64,000 nt of DNA from Pseudomonadales bacterium (GCA_022825945.1 JAJDVS010000082.1:10470-74469); one strand, 5' to 3'. Positions 28,131 through 38,167 are shown, counted from the stretch's first letter. Numbers and translations are program-made. The notes: generated from the sequence alone by a model not told the origin.

Positions 28131-29255
28131 GTGAGAATCGGTTTCGGGGATGTTGCGGTAGTTTTCATGGGCCTTCTGCTCGCGTTCTTTTTTGTCAGCA
28201 TCTGCTTCTCCTTTCTCTGCTCCATCATGGAAGCGGTGCTGCTCAGCGTCACACCGACCTATGTGGGCGTTCTGGAAAAGCAGGGATCCAGTGTTGCCGC
28301 CGACCTTGCCGCCTACAAGGAAGATATCGACCGGCCACTGGCGGCGATACTGACGCTCAATACCATCGCCCATACCGTCGGCGCCATTGGCGTTGGCGCC
28401 CAGGCCGCCGTGCTGTTTCCCCATTCGGAGATATCGCTGTTCGGGGCAGGCATTGCGCTGAACTGGGAAGCCATTGTGGCGGTGATCATGACCCTGGCGA
28501 TTCTCATCTTCTCCGAAGTGATTCCCAAGACCATCGGCGCCAATAACTGGGAGGCCCTCGCTCCGGCCGCCACCAGGACCCTCAAGGTCATGCTCATCGT
28601 GCTCTGGCCGCTGGTATGGCTGAGCCAGTTCATCACCGGCAAACTGAAGAAGGACAAGGACCGGCCCGTACTCAGCCGCACCGACCTTGCGGTGATGACC
28701 GATATCGGCACCGAAACCGGCGTGCTTGCCGAGAGCGAGCGCAAGATCATCCACAACCTGCTCGCCTTCCGCGGCATTCAGGCCGCCGATGTGATGACGC
28801 CGCGCATTGTCGTGGTGGCGGCAAGCGAGGACACCCGGCTGCGGGAGTTTCACGACAGCCACGATGAACTGCCTTTCTCCCGCATACCCGTGTACCAGGG
28901 CAAGAACGACAACGTCACCGGCTATGTGCTCAAGGACGAAGTTCTGCTCAAGCTCGTGGATGAACACGATGAGGTTAGGCTCAAGGACCTGTGCCGGGAC
29001 ATCATCGCGGTCCACAAGACCGCCACGGTGCCCGATCTGCTCGACATGTTCATTGCCAAGAAGGAACATCTGGCGGTGGTGGTGGATGAGTTTGGCGCCA
29101 TGGAGGGCATACTGACCATGGAGGACATCATCGAGACATTGCTCGGGCTCGAGATCGTCGACGAATCCGACGATACCGAGGACATGCAGGCCCTGGCGCG
29201 CAGAAACTGGAAACGCCGGGCCCAGAAGCTGGGCATTATCCCGCTGAAGCAGTGA
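28131..29255 (+). CDS. CNNM/hemolysin-C family protein (DUF21 membrane domain + CBS pair)
   Basis: SIMEAVLLSV, LAAILTLNTIAHTVGA, then the CBS region (VMTPRIVVVAA...HDELPFSRIPVY... VVDEFGAMEGILTMEDIIETLLGLEIVDE). GTG 28131 lies after GGGGGA; ATG 28167 is the alternative. Confidence 0.82.
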   Translation: MRIGFGDVAVVFMGLLLAFFFVSICFSFLCSIMEAVLLSVTPTYVGVLEKQGSSVAADLAAYKEDIDRPLAAILTLNTIAHTVGAIGVGAQAAVLFPHSEISLFGAGIALNWEAIVAVIMTLAILIFSEVIPKTIGANNWEALAPAATRTLKVMLIVLWPLVWLSQFITGKLKKDKDRPVLSRTDLAVMTDIGTETGVLAESERKIIHNLLAFRGIQAADVMTPRIVVVAASEDTRLREFHDSHDELPFSRIPVYQGKNDNVTGYVLKDEVLLKLVDEHDEVRLKDLCRDIIAVHKTATVPDLLDMFIAKKEHLAVVVDEFGAMEGILTMEDIIETLLGLEIVDESDDTEDMQALARRNWKRRAQKLGIIPLKQ

Positions 29256-29557
29256 AATCCGGGCAAAATCGGCTGGTTATGACAACCTGAGACAGAAAAT
29301 CCAGCCTATATTGTGATAAGTTGTTACAAAACCGCAAATGGTCCCGAGTCGGCGTTAGGATACTTGGCAATTCATTCGCTGTGCGCCCCCCCGTAAGCAG
29401 TGATTGAATAGCTGAAGGCGGGGCTCGTGAGTTTACTTTCTTTATCGTTCCCCCTAAACGAATGGAATTGCTGGCGATGCTTCCCTTCAGCGCCTTTTAA
29501 CTCTCTCCCCGATTTCCTTGTGCCCAGTGGCAGAGTCTCAGACGGAGACCTCCCGGT

Positions 29558-29586
29558 GAGATTCCGCGACTTCGCGCGGAATGACG
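29558..29586. repeat. REP-like hairpin (short variant)
   Basis: GAGATTCCGCG-acttcg-CGCGGAATGAC, related to the ATTCTGCG/CGCAGAAT family found elsewhere in the window. Confidence 0.6.
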
Positions 29587-29590
29587 GGGG

Positions 29591-29718
29591 CCAGGAGCCT
29601 GCGCCACAGGAATTCGCGAAAGCGAAAATTCGCTATCGTCGCGCCCCTGGCCGGTCGATTGAGGCGAATATTGTTGGATATGCAACGAAATCGAGCGGCC
29701 GGGGGCGCAGGCTCCTAG
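29591..29718 (+). mobile_element. MITE-like non-autonomous element, short copy (128 bp)
   Basis: CCAGGAGCCTGCGCC...GGCGCAGGCTCCTAG imperfect terminal inverted repeats. Collinear with 45207-45373 with about 6 mismatches and one 39-bp internal deletion. No transposase ORF. Confidence 0.7.
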
Positions 29719-30416
29719 CGCAGACTTGACAGCAGCAACTCCCGTTGCCGCGCCTGCTGTTCGTGCAGGATTCCGCTGTCGCCCAGGGAATACAGGCCCA
29801 GATGGGATTCGGCGATGCGGATATTGCTCCGCAGGCTTTCGATCTTGCCCGGATTCAGGCCCGGGGCGGTCTCGGCAATCTCCAGCCTCAGCTTGAACAG
29901 TCTGCGGGCCTGCCGCAGATGTGGCACCGTGCGACCGTCGAGGCCATGGCGCAGGGCATCGGCATGCCAGTCGCTGATTCTGGCAAGCCCACTCTCCAGG
30001 CGGGCCGGGTCATCGGCGTACAGTCGCAGGTACAGGCTTTGCAACAGGGTGAAGTAATCGTCCACCTTCTCCCAGTTGGCCTGCACCGACTCGCTTTCGA
30101 TCAGGCTGTGGAGAATATCAAGCTGACCTTCGTGATACAGGCCCCCGGACATGCGGGCCAGCTCGAGTGCCCGGCGCAGAATGGGCAGTGCCGCCGCGTG
30201 TTCGTTCTGTTCCTGGAGAGACTGGGCCCGGCGCAACAGTGAATCCGCAAGCGGGGAATCCGCCGGGAATGAATCCCCTGACTGCCCGCTGGCAGGCGAA
30301 TGCAATACCAGCACAGTGACCGCGACCCAGCTCCACAAACCGGCCCCGGAAAAGATGGATATCCTGATGCTGCCGAGAAAAACCGGCATGATGCGAAACC
30401 CCGAAGCGAAAAACAC
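29715..30416 (-). CDS. Hypothetical secreted helical-repeat protein
   Basis: 233-aa ORF (GTG 30416; ATG 30389 gives MPVFLGSIRISIFSGAGLWSWVAVTVLVLHSPASG, a signal-like segment). The stop codon TAG is the terminal CTAG of the MITE-like element. Confidence 0.55.
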   Translation of the reverse strand: MFFASGFRIMPVFLGSIRISIFSGAGLWSWVAVTVLVLHSPASGQSGDSFPADSPLADSLLRRAQSLQEQNEHAAALPILRRALELARMSGGLYHEGQLDILHSLIESESVQANWEKVDDYFTLLQSLYLRLYADDPARLESGLARISDWHADALRHGLDGRTVPHLRQARRLFKLRLEIAETAPGLNPGKIESLRSNIRIAESHLGLYSLGDSGILHEQQARQRELLLSSLR

Positions 30417-30564
30417 TGCCTCGAATATCGCGCATCAGCGCGGCAATATCAAGAAAAATCGACCGGTTTTTTCAAATATATGACATTTTTGTGACAATCA
30501 AGATTGCAAGTTACTGTTTTATAAAGGTCATATTCTTGATGCACTATTTTGGTGCTTTATGCTC

Positions 30565-32586
30565 CTAACGATGGGTCCGATTGGCAAGCAGGGATTCCAC
30601 GAGCAGCAGGACCATGGCGAACAGCAGAATCCACCACCAGATGCGCTGCGGGCGTTCGAGTTCCTCCGCGAGTTCCGCCATCTGCACTTCCCGGGAACGA
30701 ACCACATCGGTATCGGGATTGATGATGGCGTCGGTGAGGGTCGCCACCGCCATTCTTTCCAGGTTTGACTCGGCGGCGTCGGCATTCACGGCGAAATTCT
30801 CATTGCCGCCGTCCACCTCGGCGCGGATGATGCCCGGCATGCTCGCTTCCACCAAAAAGTTCTCGCCGGCGAAGGTCATTGCATTGCCGTCGGGGCCTTG
30901 CACGCCGGCAACCAGTCCGGCGCCATTGATGTCCACGGAAAACCGATCCCCCACCTGATACGAACGCTGTTTCAGTTCCGGCTGCACCAGGTGGCGCAGG
31001 GTTTCATGGATGAAAGGCAGAAACAGGCCCTGAAGCGGCAGATTGTTCCATTCCAGATCCATGCTCGAAGCGAACAGCAGCACCCTGCCTTCGCCGAATT
31101 CCTGCTCCACCAGCGCCGGCATGGCGTTGTCGAACTGCATCAGCACCTCCGCGCCCGGATTGGCGGCAAGCCGCCAGTGATGCTGGAAACGCGCCGACCA
31201 GTCGGTATCCAGCGAGCGGAACACCGGATGCCGCCGATCGAAATCGGCGATGACCAGATAATCGCCGGCGCCGGTGAGTTCCGGGCTCGCCAGTTGCGCC
31301 GGGCTGATTTCGGCGAACTGTTCATTGAAGCGCTCCGGCTCCACCTGATCGCCGGGCGCAATGAGCAGGGCGCCGCCGTCGCGCACGTAGTCCGCCAGGG
31401 CATTCGTCTGGCCGACGCTGAGTTCGCCGACATTGAGCAGCACCGCCACGTCGTTCTGGCCCAGGGCCGCCGGGCTCAAATCCGCAGGCTCCAGCGCCTG
31501 CAGGCGAAAGGGCGATTCCCCGGAGCTGCTCACCGCCAGGGAGAACCAGTGTCCTTCGTCGTCGAACCACTGCCCGGAGGCCTCGCCATTGACCAGCAGA
31601 ATACGAATTCCCGGCAGCACATCCACGGTGAAATACCAGACGTTGTCGGCGGGAAAATTGTCGCCGGACAGTTCGATGCGGCCGATATGGCTGCCCTGTT
31701 GGGGAAAACTCGCGGCAAAGCTGACCACGCGCTCGGAGCGGTCATCGAGCGCCACCGACTGGCGGTCGATGAGCTGGTCATTGATCAGCAGGCTGACATC
31801 GGCGCGACTGGCGAACAGGGTCCCGGTGGAGCGGACCCGGGCAAGCACCTGCCGCCGCGGTTCGTCTTCGAGCAATTGCTCCGGCGAGCGCACGTCGGTA
31901 AGCGCCAGATTCACCGATTCGGGCCTGCCGGCGTCGATTCCGGTGAAGCGGACTCCCGGGGCGAGCTTCCAGTCTTCCTCCACATTGTCCATGCCCGCCT
32001 GCTGGTAGTCCGAAACCAGATACAGGGCGCGGTTTTCAAAGCGGGATGATTCGAGCAATTCATTGGCCAGACGCAGGGCCGGCATGAAGTCGGTGGCGCC
32101 ATGGCCCGGCTCAATCTCCCGCAGCAGCGCCCGGACGCTGTCGAGATCGGTATTGAATTCGCGCACGAGATCGACGCTTTCGTCAAAAGCGATCAGCGCC
32201 ACTTCGTCGCCGGCGTCAAGGGAATCGATCAGATCGAGGGCCTTGCCGCGGGCGGTTTCGAACACGTCCTCGTAGCGCATGCTCATGGACACATCGAGCA
32301 GCAGCACCGCCGACTCGGGGTCGGCGTCGAGCAACCGCGCCAGCGAAAGGTTGATCAGGGGGCGGGCGAAGGCGAATACCAGCAGGGCGATCAGGCCCGC
32401 GCGCAGGGCAAGCAGCAGCAATTGCCGCAAATGCTGGAACAGCACCAGCTTGCGCGGGGTTTTCTTGAGAAAGCGCACCGTGCCGAACCTCATCCTGGGC
32501 GGCTTTTCCCGGCGGATGAGGTGAATCGCCACCGGAACCAGCGCGGCAAGCAGGCCCAGCAGGAACAGCGGCGTGAGAAAGACCAT
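30565..32586 (-). CDS. BatA-type N-terminal double-transmembrane + VWA domain membrane protein
   Basis: MVFLTPLFLLGLLAALVPVAIHLIRREKPPRMRFGTVRFL (aerotolerance-regulator N-terminal type). VWA with MIDAS LLLDVSMSM. C-terminal TM IWWWILLFAMVLLLV. The start shares 1 nt with the DUF58 stop. Confidence 0.85.
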   Translation of the reverse strand: MVFLTPLFLLGLLAALVPVAIHLIRREKPPRMRFGTVRFLKKTPRKLVLFQHLRQLLLLALRAGLIALLVFAFARPLINLSLARLLDADPESAVLLLDVSMSMRYEDVFETARGKALDLIDSLDAGDEVALIAFDESVDLVREFNTDLDSVRALLREIEPGHGATDFMPALRLANELLESSRFENRALYLVSDYQQAGMDNVEEDWKLAPGVRFTGIDAGRPESVNLALTDVRSPEQLLEDEPRRQVLARVRSTGTLFASRADVSLLINDQLIDRQSVALDDRSERVVSFAASFPQQGSHIGRIELSGDNFPADNVWYFTVDVLPGIRILLVNGEASGQWFDDEGHWFSLAVSSSGESPFRLQALEPADLSPAALGQNDVAVLLNVGELSVGQTNALADYVRDGGALLIAPGDQVEPERFNEQFAEISPAQLASPELTGAGDYLVIADFDRRHPVFRSLDTDWSARFQHHWRLAANPGAEVLMQFDNAMPALVEQEFGEGRVLLFASSMDLEWNNLPLQGLFLPFIHETLRHLVQPELKQRSYQVGDRFSVDINGAGLVAGVQGPDGNAMTFAGENFLVEASMPGIIRAEVDGGNENFAVNADAAESNLERMAVATLTDAIINPDTDVVRSREVQMAELAEELERPQRIWWWILLFAMVLLLVESLLANRTHR

Positions 32587-33479
32587 CAGAAGCTCCGCGC
32601 CCGCCGCATCATGAACGCCGAAAGCGCCTGGTCAAGGGGCTGGGAAGTGTCCATCAGGCAATAGTCCACCCCGCTGCCCTGGCATTTCCTGCGGCAATAG
32701 TCGAGAAATTCCCGGACGTGTTGCAGGTAGGACTTGCGGATCGCCGCCGGCGAAGTAATGAAACTCTCGTCGTTCTCCATGTCGATGAACTCGGTGGCCT
32801 CGGTGAAGGGGAATTCGAGCTCGGCGTGGTCCATGATCTGGAATGCGATCACGTCGTGGCCCATGGCGCGCAGGTTCTGCAGGGTGCGAATCACGCGCTC
32901 CTCATCGTCGAGCATATCGGTAATGAGCACCACAAAGCTTTTCTTGTGGAGCGAAGTGGCCAGGTCGGTGAGCGGCTTGACCACATCGGTGCCGCCGCCC
33001 TGCTCCACTTTCGCCAGCGAACGCAGAATCCGCATCAGGTGCATTTGCCGGCATTTGGGTGGAATGTAATCGCGAATCTCTTCATCGAAAACGATCAGCC
33101 CCACGGCGTCGCGCTGGCGCATGATGAAGTAGGACAGCGCCGAAGCCAGGGTGACGCCATATTGCAGCTTGGTGAAATCGCCGGCGCCATAGGCCATGGA
33201 AGCGCTGCTGTCGAGCAGGATGACACAGCGCACATTGGTTTCGTCTTCGTATTGCCTGACGTGGAACTTGCCCGAGCGGGCGTAGAGCCGCCAGTCCACA
33301 TGGCGCATGTCGTCGCCGGGATAGTAGTGGCGGTAATCGTTGAATTCGACGCTGAAGCCCCGCTCCGGGCTCTTGTGCAGGCCCGACAGGAATCCCTCCA
33401 CCGCCACCCGGGCGCGCATCTCGAGATTGGAAAGCCCCGCGAGTACCGAGGGATCGAGAAAATTGAGGGATTCCGACAT
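32586..33479 (-). CDS. DUF58 family protein (VWA-like, MoxR partner)
   Basis: Family signature GFSVEFNDYRHYYPGDDMRHVDWRLYARSGKFHVRQYEDE, followed by ILLDSSASM. Confidence 0.88.
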   Translation of the reverse strand: MSESLNFLDPSVLAGLSNLEMRARVAVEGFLSGLHKSPERGFSVEFNDYRHYYPGDDMRHVDWRLYARSGKFHVRQYEDETNVRCVILLDSSASMAYGAGDFTKLQYGVTLASALSYFIMRQRDAVGLIVFDEEIRDYIPPKCRQMHLMRILRSLAKVEQGGGTDVVKPLTDLATSLHKKSFVVLITDMLDDEERVIRTLQNLRAMGHDVIAFQIMDHAELEFPFTEATEFIDMENDESFITSPAAIRKSYLQHVREFLDYCRRKCQGSGVDYCLMDTSQPLDQALSAFMMRRARSF

Positions 33480-33484
33480 CCGGG

Positions 33485-34552
33485 CTAGTCCTCGAGTTCC
33501 GCCGCCGGGGCGGGCACCGCCTCGAGCAGCCTGGTGATGACCTGGTCGGTGGTGACCCGTTCCGCCTCGGCGTGGAAGTTAAGCAGTATCCGGTGCCGCA
33601 GGATCGACGGCGCCAGGGCCCGCACGTCGCCATAGGAAACATTGAAGCGCCCGGAAAGCAGGGCCCGCACCTTGCCCGCGAGAATCAGGTTCTGGGAAGC
33701 GCGGATGCCGGCGCCCCAACTGATCCAGTCCTTGATGAACTGGGGCGAAGTGGGCGAATGGGGCCGGGAGGCATGCACCAGGCGCACCGCGTAGCGAATC
33801 ACGGCTTCCGCCGCGGGCACCTGCCGGGCGATACGCTGGAAATCGAGAATATCCTCGCCGCTGAGCGGGTGCGACAGGGGATTGTCATAGGTCTGGGTGG
33901 TGGTGCTCACCACGGTGACTTCGTCGGATTCCGACAGGTAATCGAGTTCAATCTTGAACATGAAGCGGTCGAGTTGGGCTTCCGGCAGGGGATAGGTGCC
34001 TTCGAGCTCGATGGGGTTCTGGGTCGCCAGCACGAAAAACGGCGCCGACATGGGATGGGTTCTTCCCGCGGCGGTCACCTGGCGCTCTTCCATGGCTTCC
34101 AGCAACGCCGACTGGGTTTTGGGCGGGGTCCGGTTGATTTCGTCGGCAAGCAGGATATTGGTGAAAATCGGCCCGGCGACAAACTTGAGGCTGCGCTGGC
34201 CGTCGACTTCCTCCACCACTTCCGAGCCCACCACGTCGGCGGGCATCAGGTCCGGCGTGAACTGGATGCGGCTGAACTTGACCTGGAGAATATCCGCCAC
34301 GGTCTTGATCAGCAGGGTCTTGGCAAGCCCCGGCACCCCGGTGACCAGGCAATGCCCGCCGGCGAACAGCGCGATGAGCAGTTCATCGACGATTTCATGC
34401 TGGCCGATGATGACCTTGCGGATTTCCTCCACGATCCGCTCCCTGCCTTCCTGCATGCGCCTGACGAGGCTCAGGTCATCCCGGTCCCGCACCACGGCCT
34501 CACCAATGCCCGCCGCCTCGTCCGCCGTTGCTGTCGCTTGTGCTTCTGACAT
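33485..34552 (-). CDS. MoxR family AAA+ ATPase
   Basis: Walker A GVPGLAKT, RIQFTPDLMPADVVG, Walker B LLADEINRTPPKTQSALLEAMEERQVT and the C-terminal lid region. Confidence 0.92.
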   Translation of the reverse strand: MSEAQATATADEAAGIGEAVVRDRDDLSLVRRMQEGRERIVEEIRKVIIGQHEIVDELLIALFAGGHCLVTGVPGLAKTLLIKTVADILQVKFSRIQFTPDLMPADVVGSEVVEEVDGQRSLKFVAGPIFTNILLADEINRTPPKTQSALLEAMEERQVTAAGRTHPMSAPFFVLATQNPIELEGTYPLPEAQLDRFMFKIELDYLSESDEVTVVSTTTQTYDNPLSHPLSGEDILDFQRIARQVPAAEAVIRYAVRLVHASRPHSPTSPQFIKDWISWGAGIRASQNLILAGKVRALLSGRFNVSYGDVRALAPSILRHRILLNFHAEAERVTTDQVITRLLEAVPAPAAELED

Positions 34553-34602
34553 GCCCTGTTTCCCGTTGCTTGTGGAAATCCGGAAATTTCCAGGTTGATG
34601 AC

Positions 34603-35433
34603 CTAGTGACTGAACGCGTAGATCAGGAAGTTTATCCCGATCTTGTACGCCTCGTTGGTGTAGCGGGTCGGATATTCCGCGTAAAAGGTGTGCTCCCAGC
34701 CGTCGCCGAGATCGGTATTGTAGTTCGCCAGCATCATGATGCGGCCATCGTCGTCGAGCACGGCATAGACTTCCGGCGGATAGCTCGGGTCATCGAGATT
34801 CATGTAGCCGCCGAAATCCCAGGTCACCATGCGTCCGGGCACCTGGGCCAGTTCGTCGATATCGAAAAAAATGTGGAAAATCTCGTGGCTGGTGTCGAGT
34901 TTGACGATTTCCCGGTCGGGGAAGATCTTGCCGATTTCCATGTACATGTCGTCGAGGTGGGGCTGGCCCCAGAAATCGTCCACCATGACGAATCCGCCCC
35001 GGAACATGAATTCCCGCAGGATTTCGATTTCCTCGGCGCTGAAATTCGGGCCGCTGTAGCTGGAGCCGATGGGCACGCGCTTCCAGTTCATGTAGAGAAA
35101 GATATGCTCGAAAATGCGCGGGTCGGTCAGTTGCATGAAGGTGTGGTTGCGGGGATTGGTGTCGATATTGGTGTAGCGCTGGACGCCGCGCAGGAAGTTC
35201 TCGTCGGAATCGGGATAGTCGGTGTCCCACCAGCCGCCCCGGCGGCGATAGGAAAAGCCGGTGCCGCCATGATTGGTGTATTGCCCCCGCACCCAGGTGA
35301 ATTCGGTGATGTCGTCGCCGTAGATGGCAAGATCCTCGTTGTCCTCAAACCGCGGTTGCTGGGCCTGGCTTGCGGCGCAAATCAGCAGCAGGCACAGACA
35401 TGCAGCGAGCAGCCCGGGGCGGCGGCGGGACAA
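34603..35433 (-). CDS. Secreted DUF4159 family protein
   Basis: TTG 35433 lies after GAGGA and gives LSRRRPGLLAACLCLLLICAASQAQ, a signal peptide. Family-typical FMFRGGFVMVDDFWG and YKIGINFLIYAFSH. The longer track ORF (to 35784) overlaps the upstream gene. Confidence 0.78.
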   Translation of the reverse strand: MSRRRPGLLAACLCLLLICAASQAQQPRFEDNEDLAIYGDDITEFTWVRGQYTNHGGTGFSYRRRGGWWDTDYPDSDENFLRGVQRYTNIDTNPRNHTFMQLTDPRIFEHIFLYMNWKRVPIGSSYSGPNFSAEEIEILREFMFRGGFVMVDDFWGQPHLDDMYMEIGKIFPDREIVKLDTSHEIFHIFFDIDELAQVPGRMVTWDFGGYMNLDDPSYPPEVYAVLDDDGRIMMLANYNTDLGDGWEHTFYAEYPTRYTNEAYKIGINFLIYAFSH

Positions 35434-35449
35434 TGCCGGGCGGGAATCC

Positions 35450-38167
35450 TCAATTGGCTTCACTGGCGGGATTCCCGTCAATGGACTGGAGCAGTATCTG
35501 TTGCGCCCGCAGATAGCCTGGCGCGGTCTCCAGCGCCCGCAGCACGGTTTCCCGGGCGGCAGCGGGACGCCCATCGCGCAGATAGGCTTCGGCCAGGCTG
35601 GTTCCGGCTTCCACCGGGTCCGAGATTTCCAGTTCCAGCAGGATTTCGTACTCGGTGACCGCGAGGGATGAGTCGCCGGTGAGGTCGGCAAGCCTGGCGC
35701 GCAGGGCGTGAACTTCGCTTTCATACGGGTCCACCTGCAGGGCCCGGTCGATATAGTAGTCGGCGCGTCCGGCATCGCCGGCATCGAGGGCCGCTTCCGC
35801 CAGAATCAGGGCGGACTGGTCGTCATGCTGCAGATTTTCCAGCAGGATTTCGAGCCAGCGCCGCTGTTCCTCGAGGTTGCCCTCGCTTTCGTAAATCTGG
35901 GACATCACCAGGGGCGGGCTCGGATAACCGGAATAGTTCGGCAGCAATTCGTGGGCCGCCAGTAGTGACTGTCTGGCCTCGGCGAAGTTCTCCTCCTTGA
36001 ACAGCACAATGCCGAGTTGCAGATGCGCCATGAAATCCCGGGGGTTCTCCTCAAGCCGGCTGCGCATGTACTGCTTGAGGGAAGCGTTGTTGTAGAGTTC
36101 CGACAGGATCGCGCTGGAGTTCTCGCGAATGCCGTGGCCGTGGCCTTCGACTTCGTCCGGTACGTCCTCATTGTGGACATGGACATTGATCTCGGCCACC
36201 CGCCGGGCGATCCAGTCGCGAAAGCCCGCGTCGAACTCGTTCGGGGACAGGTCGAAAACTTCCCGGAAGCGCTCGCTGTCCCGCTTGATGAGGCCGTACT
36301 GCACGACCAGTTCCCGCAGCTTTTCGAAACCGAAAGTCTGCTCGATGTAATCCACCACCAGATAGGACTGGAAGTAGGCGAAACCCAGGTCGGCATTGCT
36401 GCCGGCGCCGCTGAAGGCCGAGTTCAGCTCCGACACGGGCAGATACTGCTCCCGCTCGGCGGCGCGCACCAGGTCCAGGCCCTGGCGGCGGCCCCAGTAG
36501 GGCCGGCCCTGCTGTTCCTCCCATACCGAAATGCCTTCCGACAACCAGCGCGGAATCCGGTTGCGGGTCATTTGCAGGGTAATCACATGGGAAAATTCGT
36601 GCCAGACGATTTCCTGCCAGTTGGCGCTGAGGGTGTCCGGGGAGATGAGGGTAATCACCTTGCCGAAGCAGATGCCCACCAGCGGTCCGATATCGGGCAG
36701 GCCCACGGAACGCACGGCGAAATCCTGGGTATTCTCGAAAACCTCGATCAGCACCGGGTACTCCGGCTCGAACTGCCATTTTTCCACCATTTCGTCCCAG
36801 GCCTCTTCCAGCAGCGGCTCCAGATACGGCCAGAGGATTTTGGCGTCCCGGGGCGACATGTGAACGAGGAAATGCTCACTTTCCAGGGTGGCGTATTCTT
36901 CCAGGGTGTCGAATACCGTGAGCAGATTGGAGGACAGCACATTGAACGGGTCGTTATCAAAACCGGTTTCGAGATTGGCGCGGCCCTCGGCTTCCTCGCC
37001 GAGACGGATCAGGTTGCTGCCGAGCAAGGTATAGCCCCGCCAGTATTCCGGGTCGGCGGCGATGGCGGCGCGGGCATATTCCACGGCTTCGGTGAAGCGG
37101 TAGTTGCGGCCGAAATGATCCGCCACATCGGCCAGGAAAACCGGGTTGCCGGGGCTGAAAGCCTCCACCTGGGCGGCGTGCAGTTCATAGTCCGCCATGC
37201 GCTCTTCCATGGCCGCCTGGGCCGCCATGGCGCTGAGCACGCCCAGGGCTTCGGGATTCAGGTCGAGCGCCCGGGAAAAATGCCCCGCGGCCTCCTCCAC
37301 CCGCTCATTGCGCTGCAACTGCCGGCCCCAGACTTCCATGGCCGGCACCGCGTTGGGATTGATCGCCAGGGCTCGTTGCAGGCTGCGCTCGTCGCCGGTG
37401 ATCCGCGCCAGTCCCACCAGGGCGGGAACATGGCGATCGTTGATTTCCAGCGCGTCCTCATAGGAGGTTCGCGCTTCGCCTTCATTGTATTTTTCCAGGA
37501 ACAGGTCGCCCCAGAGCGTTTGCGCCTCAAGGTTTTGCGGGTCGGCCCGGGTGGCTTCCCGGAACAGGCTGTTGGCGTCGTGAAAGCGGCCGAGCAGCCA
37601 GCTTGCCAGGGCCGTCATGGTCACCTCGGCGGAACTGAAAATCAGGCCGTTGTTGTAACGGCCCACGACTTCCTCAAGCAGGGGATCGCTTTCCTCCCCG
37701 CGACCGGTGAACTGCAGCAGCGATGCCTGCTGCGTCAGGCTGCGCACCGGCGCGCCTTCGAGCCCGAGACCGTCGATCACCGCCTGGAGAATGGCAATCG
37801 CCTCGGCGGAATTACCGGTCATGCGCTTGACTTCGGCCAACTGGGTACTGACCAGGGGGTAATCCGCATAGTCGCCGCCGATCAGTTCCTCGCAGACCGC
37901 CATGGCCTCCTGATAGTTGCCCATGCCCGCCAGGGCGCGGCTTGCGCCGATGACGCCGGCGGTGCGATCCAGTCCGTCAGCCTGCCGGAATACTTCGGCG
38001 GCGGCGGCGTAGGCGCCCGACAGCAGCAATTGCCCGCCGCGCTGCAGAGGGGCCGCGGCAAGCGCCGGCTCGTCTTCGGGCTGGGCGATCGCCGCGGCGG
38101 GCAGCAGCAGGATCAGGCCGAGCAGCAGGCGGTTCAGAATATCCATTGCGGAGGACTTGTGGTTCAT
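35450..38167 (-). CDS. Secreted TPR-repeat protein with embedded peptidase-MA (HExxH gluzincin) domain
   Basis: Signal peptide MNHKSSAMDILNRLLLGLILLLPAAAIAQ. TPR-like repeats flank both sides. WHEFSHVITL (HEFSH at 36587-36601) is followed by RWLSEGISVWEE. Confidence 0.8.
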   Translation of the reverse strand: MNHKSSAMDILNRLLLGLILLLPAAAIAQPEDEPALAAAPLQRGGQLLLSGAYAAAAEVFRQADGLDRTAGVIGASRALAGMGNYQEAMAVCEELIGGDYADYPLVSTQLAEVKRMTGNSAEAIAILQAVIDGLGLEGAPVRSLTQQASLLQFTGRGEESDPLLEEVVGRYNNGLIFSSAEVTMTALASWLLGRFHDANSLFREATRADPQNLEAQTLWGDLFLEKYNEGEARTSYEDALEINDRHVPALVGLARITGDERSLQRALAINPNAVPAMEVWGRQLQRNERVEEAAGHFSRALDLNPEALGVLSAMAAQAAMEERMADYELHAAQVEAFSPGNPVFLADVADHFGRNYRFTEAVEYARAAIAADPEYWRGYTLLGSNLIRLGEEAEGRANLETGFDNDPFNVLSSNLLTVFDTLEEYATLESEHFLVHMSPRDAKILWPYLEPLLEEAWDEMVEKWQFEPEYPVLIEVFENTQDFAVRSVGLPDIGPLVGICFGKVITLISPDTLSANWQEIVWHEFSHVITLQMTRNRIPRWLSEGISVWEEQQGRPYWGRRQGLDLVRAAEREQYLPVSELNSAFSGAGSNADLGFAYFQSYLVVDYIEQTFGFEKLRELVVQYGLIKRDSERFREVFDLSPNEFDAGFRDWIARRVAEINVHVHNEDVPDEVEGHGHGIRENSSAILSELYNNASLKQYMRSRLEENPRDFMAHLQLGIVLFKEENFAEARQSLLAAHELLPNYSGYPSPPLVMSQIYESEGNLEEQRRWLEILLENLQHDDQSALILAEAALDAGDAGRADYYIDRALQVDPYESEVHALRARLADLTGDSSLAVTEYEILLELEISDPVEAGTSLAEAYLRDGRPAAARETVLRALETAPGYLRAQQILLQSIDGNPASEAN

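Noticed and set aside
21504-29069. Antisense ORFs 21504..22562, 24518..25864, 26882..28252 and 27933..29069 (all -)
   Set aside because: They lie opposite regB, the RND pump and the CNNM gene, all of which are securely identified on the plus strand.
29256-29557. 300-bp AT-richer non-coding stretch, examined for a tRNA, tmRNA or other structured RNA
   Set aside because: No cloverleaf, T-loop (GGTTCGAATCC-like) or other recognisable RNA signature could be found by eye. A covariance-model scan would be needed to say more.
29427-29729. 100-aa ORF (also 45122..45373 and 45167..45394) encoding EFAKAKIR-type sequence
   Set aside because: These ORFs run entirely through REP and MITE-like repeat DNA. 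The same peptide appears wherever the repeat occurs, so it is not a gene.
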